A stretch of DNA of 64,000 bases from Isurus oxyrinchus (lineage: Eukaryota): assembly GCA_026770705.1 (NCBI GenBank), contig JANJGN010000036.1, positions 2,728,001-2,792,000 of the forward strand, read 5' to 3'. The position numbers were made by a program, and so were the translations under genes. Below, in pieces: positions 61,326 through 64,000 of the stretch (its first letter is position 1; the number at the start of each line of letters is the position of its first letter). The notes beneath the pieces were generated by a model. The model was not told the DNA's origin and searched no databases. It was given only the letters and a program-made list of their open reading frames with translations.

Positions 61326-64000
61326 GTGCCTATGTTTAATTTCTGAACCCTTACTCCAGTCTCATGTATCTCATTGTTTCAGTCTTTTGCTTTCTGAATT
61401 TTAAAGTCTAACTGTCTGTTTGGCGTAAAAGCGAATGGAGGGAGATATGTTGTTTTGACATTTCAATTATTAAATTAAAACGTAATATTCTGTTTACCAA
61501 TTTTTCTCCCGATTCCTCTATATCATCACCTGTACTCCATTGAGCTTCCAGCACGGAAACAGTGCATTCGGCCCTTTTACTTGATGATGGTGTTGCTGCT
61601 CCACACGAACCTCCTCCCACCTCCTCTTCATCTCCCCCCATAAACATATTCTACTACTCCATTCTCACTCAGCTTCACCCTTAAATCCATCTCTGCAAAT
61701 GATCTCAACCACTCCCTATGGCAGCGAGTTCCACATTCTCCCCGCTCTCTGGGTTAAAAGATTCCTCCTGAATTCGCGATTGCGATTCTTGGTGATTACC
61801 TGATTTGACGGCTTCGAGCTCTGGACTCCCCAACAAGCGCAAACACCTTGTCTACGCCTGTGTGAAAAATCCTTTCATAATCTCAAATTTCTCAGGTCAC
61901 TCCCCAGTCTTCTCTTTCCTTGAAAATTGAAGACAACCTGTTCAATTTTTCCTGACTGTTACAGCCTCTGAGTTTGGAATTATTACAGTAAACTTTTTTT
62001 TCACCTTCCCATGTTTCTCTACATTCTTTTTTACATGATATAAGGACTGCCATCGTTCACAGTGACATACGTGTGCTCAGGCGAAGTTTTATTATCCGTT
62101 TAAAATATATTTTTCTTCTTTTCATGCTTATTGATGTAGACATGTCCACTCTCTGGGCCTCTGATTTTTCTAACCTTATTAACCTGTGGCACCAATTTCA
62201 ATGACATTTGTATCTGCACCTCAGAACCCTCTGCTCCTCTATCCAAATTAACTCTGACATCACCCCAGCCCTAAGCCCATCACAAACCCCAATCTTTATC
62301 CTTCCTGGCAAAGCGGTCTCCATATAATTTTTCAACCAAGTCAAAGAAAGAAATGCGCCGGATAACTATAAACTACTTAGTCTTTCATGCGTGACGGAAA
62401 AACACTTAGCATTAATTATTATAAATAGGATTGGTGAGCATTTCTGAATATATGGGTTAGTTATGGAAAGGCAGCACCGATTTGTGAAAGTGTCGTCATG
62501 CTGAACTGGACAGTTAAAGAGAAAGCAGTAGATAGAACACGTATGGATTTCGAGCAGGTCTTCATGTGTTTAATTGAAATAATAACGCGTCCAGTGTGAA
62601 GGAGGTGTAGGAAGATCGATATAATCATGAATACAGACAGGGAGAAATGAGTATTCCTCATGGTGAGGGATGGTTGGAGGTGTTGCATTCCAGTTTGGTC
62701 TTTGGGACAAGTTTGGAACTGATGTAAGAATGTGGAGAGAGAGAGGTAGGTGAAGATATAAAAACTTCGACTTAATTTACCAAATAGTCAGCAGAAACAT
62801 GGAGGCCTTCATTGCCTCAGTCTGTGCACGACACTGTGCTGGACATTATTGAATATTTCCAACATTTTATTTTGTTTTAATAAATGTGTCTATGCATTTA
62901 TCGTGTGCTACCTGGCTTCTTTATGCTTATCTATCTATCTATCTATATATTTATCCTACTATCTGTGTAACTGTCTATGTATGTATGCATGTATGTATCT
63001 ATCTATCTAACTGTCCGTCCCTCTCTCTATCTACCTATCTATCTATGTGCCTGTCTGCCTGCCTTAATATCTTGCAGTCTACCTATCTAGCTTTCTATCT
63101 GTCTGCCTATCTATTTATCTTGTCTATCTCTCTCCGTCTATACCTCTCTATCTAACTATCTATATAAGTATCTATCTATCCATCTATCTATCTATCTTTC
63201 TATAAAAATATAGCTTTCTTTCTATCTATCCATCTATCTATCTATCCAATCTATCTACCTGTCAACTAAAGAATCCTAATATTGTACAAAAAGCGAAGTG
63301 AAACCCGACCGGAGTTTGGGAACAAAATGCAAAAAGTGCCTCGTACTGAAGGAAGAATATTTGCAATGTGATCAGCTTCTATGCTTGCTAATGCCCATCT
63401 CAAGAGAGTTTCTATTTCCCTTCGCCATGTTACTTTCAATCTGCTGGCAATCCGGTCCGACGCCCGATCAGAGGGAGCTGCCACACAGCCTGTTCACTGT
63501 TTCCTCATTCAGTTTTTTAATAGGATCCTTAGCTATGGAAATATCAACTGTGGGCAAAGTTAGGAATCCCCCGCCATTCCCCAACAATTACAGTGTCTGT
63601 GTATGGGGTGTACACATGTGCTCCACCCACACCCTTAGGGGAGGCCCATGAATCTTTTCGGCTTGGGTCATGCCCTTGGTCCCCCTGATGATTCTTAAAA
63701 CCCAGATCCCATCATTTCAGAGAACATACCCAAAGCGAGTGACGAGCTTCAGCAAATTTACCAACCACAAATTCTACCTTGTCCATTGACCAGAGGTTGT
63801 CCCCATGCTCACAAGTTGCATGTTCAACCATGAGGCTGAGTCAATATTTAAAAGATATGAGTGCTAGTTAAAGTGAAACTGTGTATTTCAGTCCTGACAC
63901 TCCAGGCTTGCTTCGGACAGCCTTTCCGCTCCCATCATGGATAAAGTTCCGATGTGTCCTGCTCATCACTGAACTCAGCGTCCTGCCCTTACCCCTAATC

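Overview
This is vertebrate genomic DNA, almost certainly from a cartilaginous fish (shark-type CR1 LINEs, tRNA-derived SINEs and Penelope-like elements; two N gaps). By hand-splicing, the window holds a birth-and-death cluster of non-rearranging, antigen-receptor-like Ig-superfamily genes. Their exon plan is leader / V with the J-like G strand (FGxG) in the same exon / about 90-100 nt intron / C1-set domain / Cys-containing connecting peptide + TM / short cytoplasmic exons ending in a tyrosine motif. Two subfamilies are present. Type I (tail TLYA[H/R]L): one apparently intact gene E (53518-57986 +, 302 aa), near-intact B (about 22.7-27.7 kb +), and pseudogenes A, D and G. Type II (tail YA[S/C]L): pseudogene F (46.2-51.0 kb -), which lies head-to-head with E, plus several 3' relics. 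I saw no recombination signal sequences. The rest is retroelement debris, including Penelope-like copies with minimal hammerhead-ribozyme motifs and palindromic insertions with target-site duplications, plus simple repeats. All exon calls come from reading splice signals and comparing paralogs; no database search was possible.
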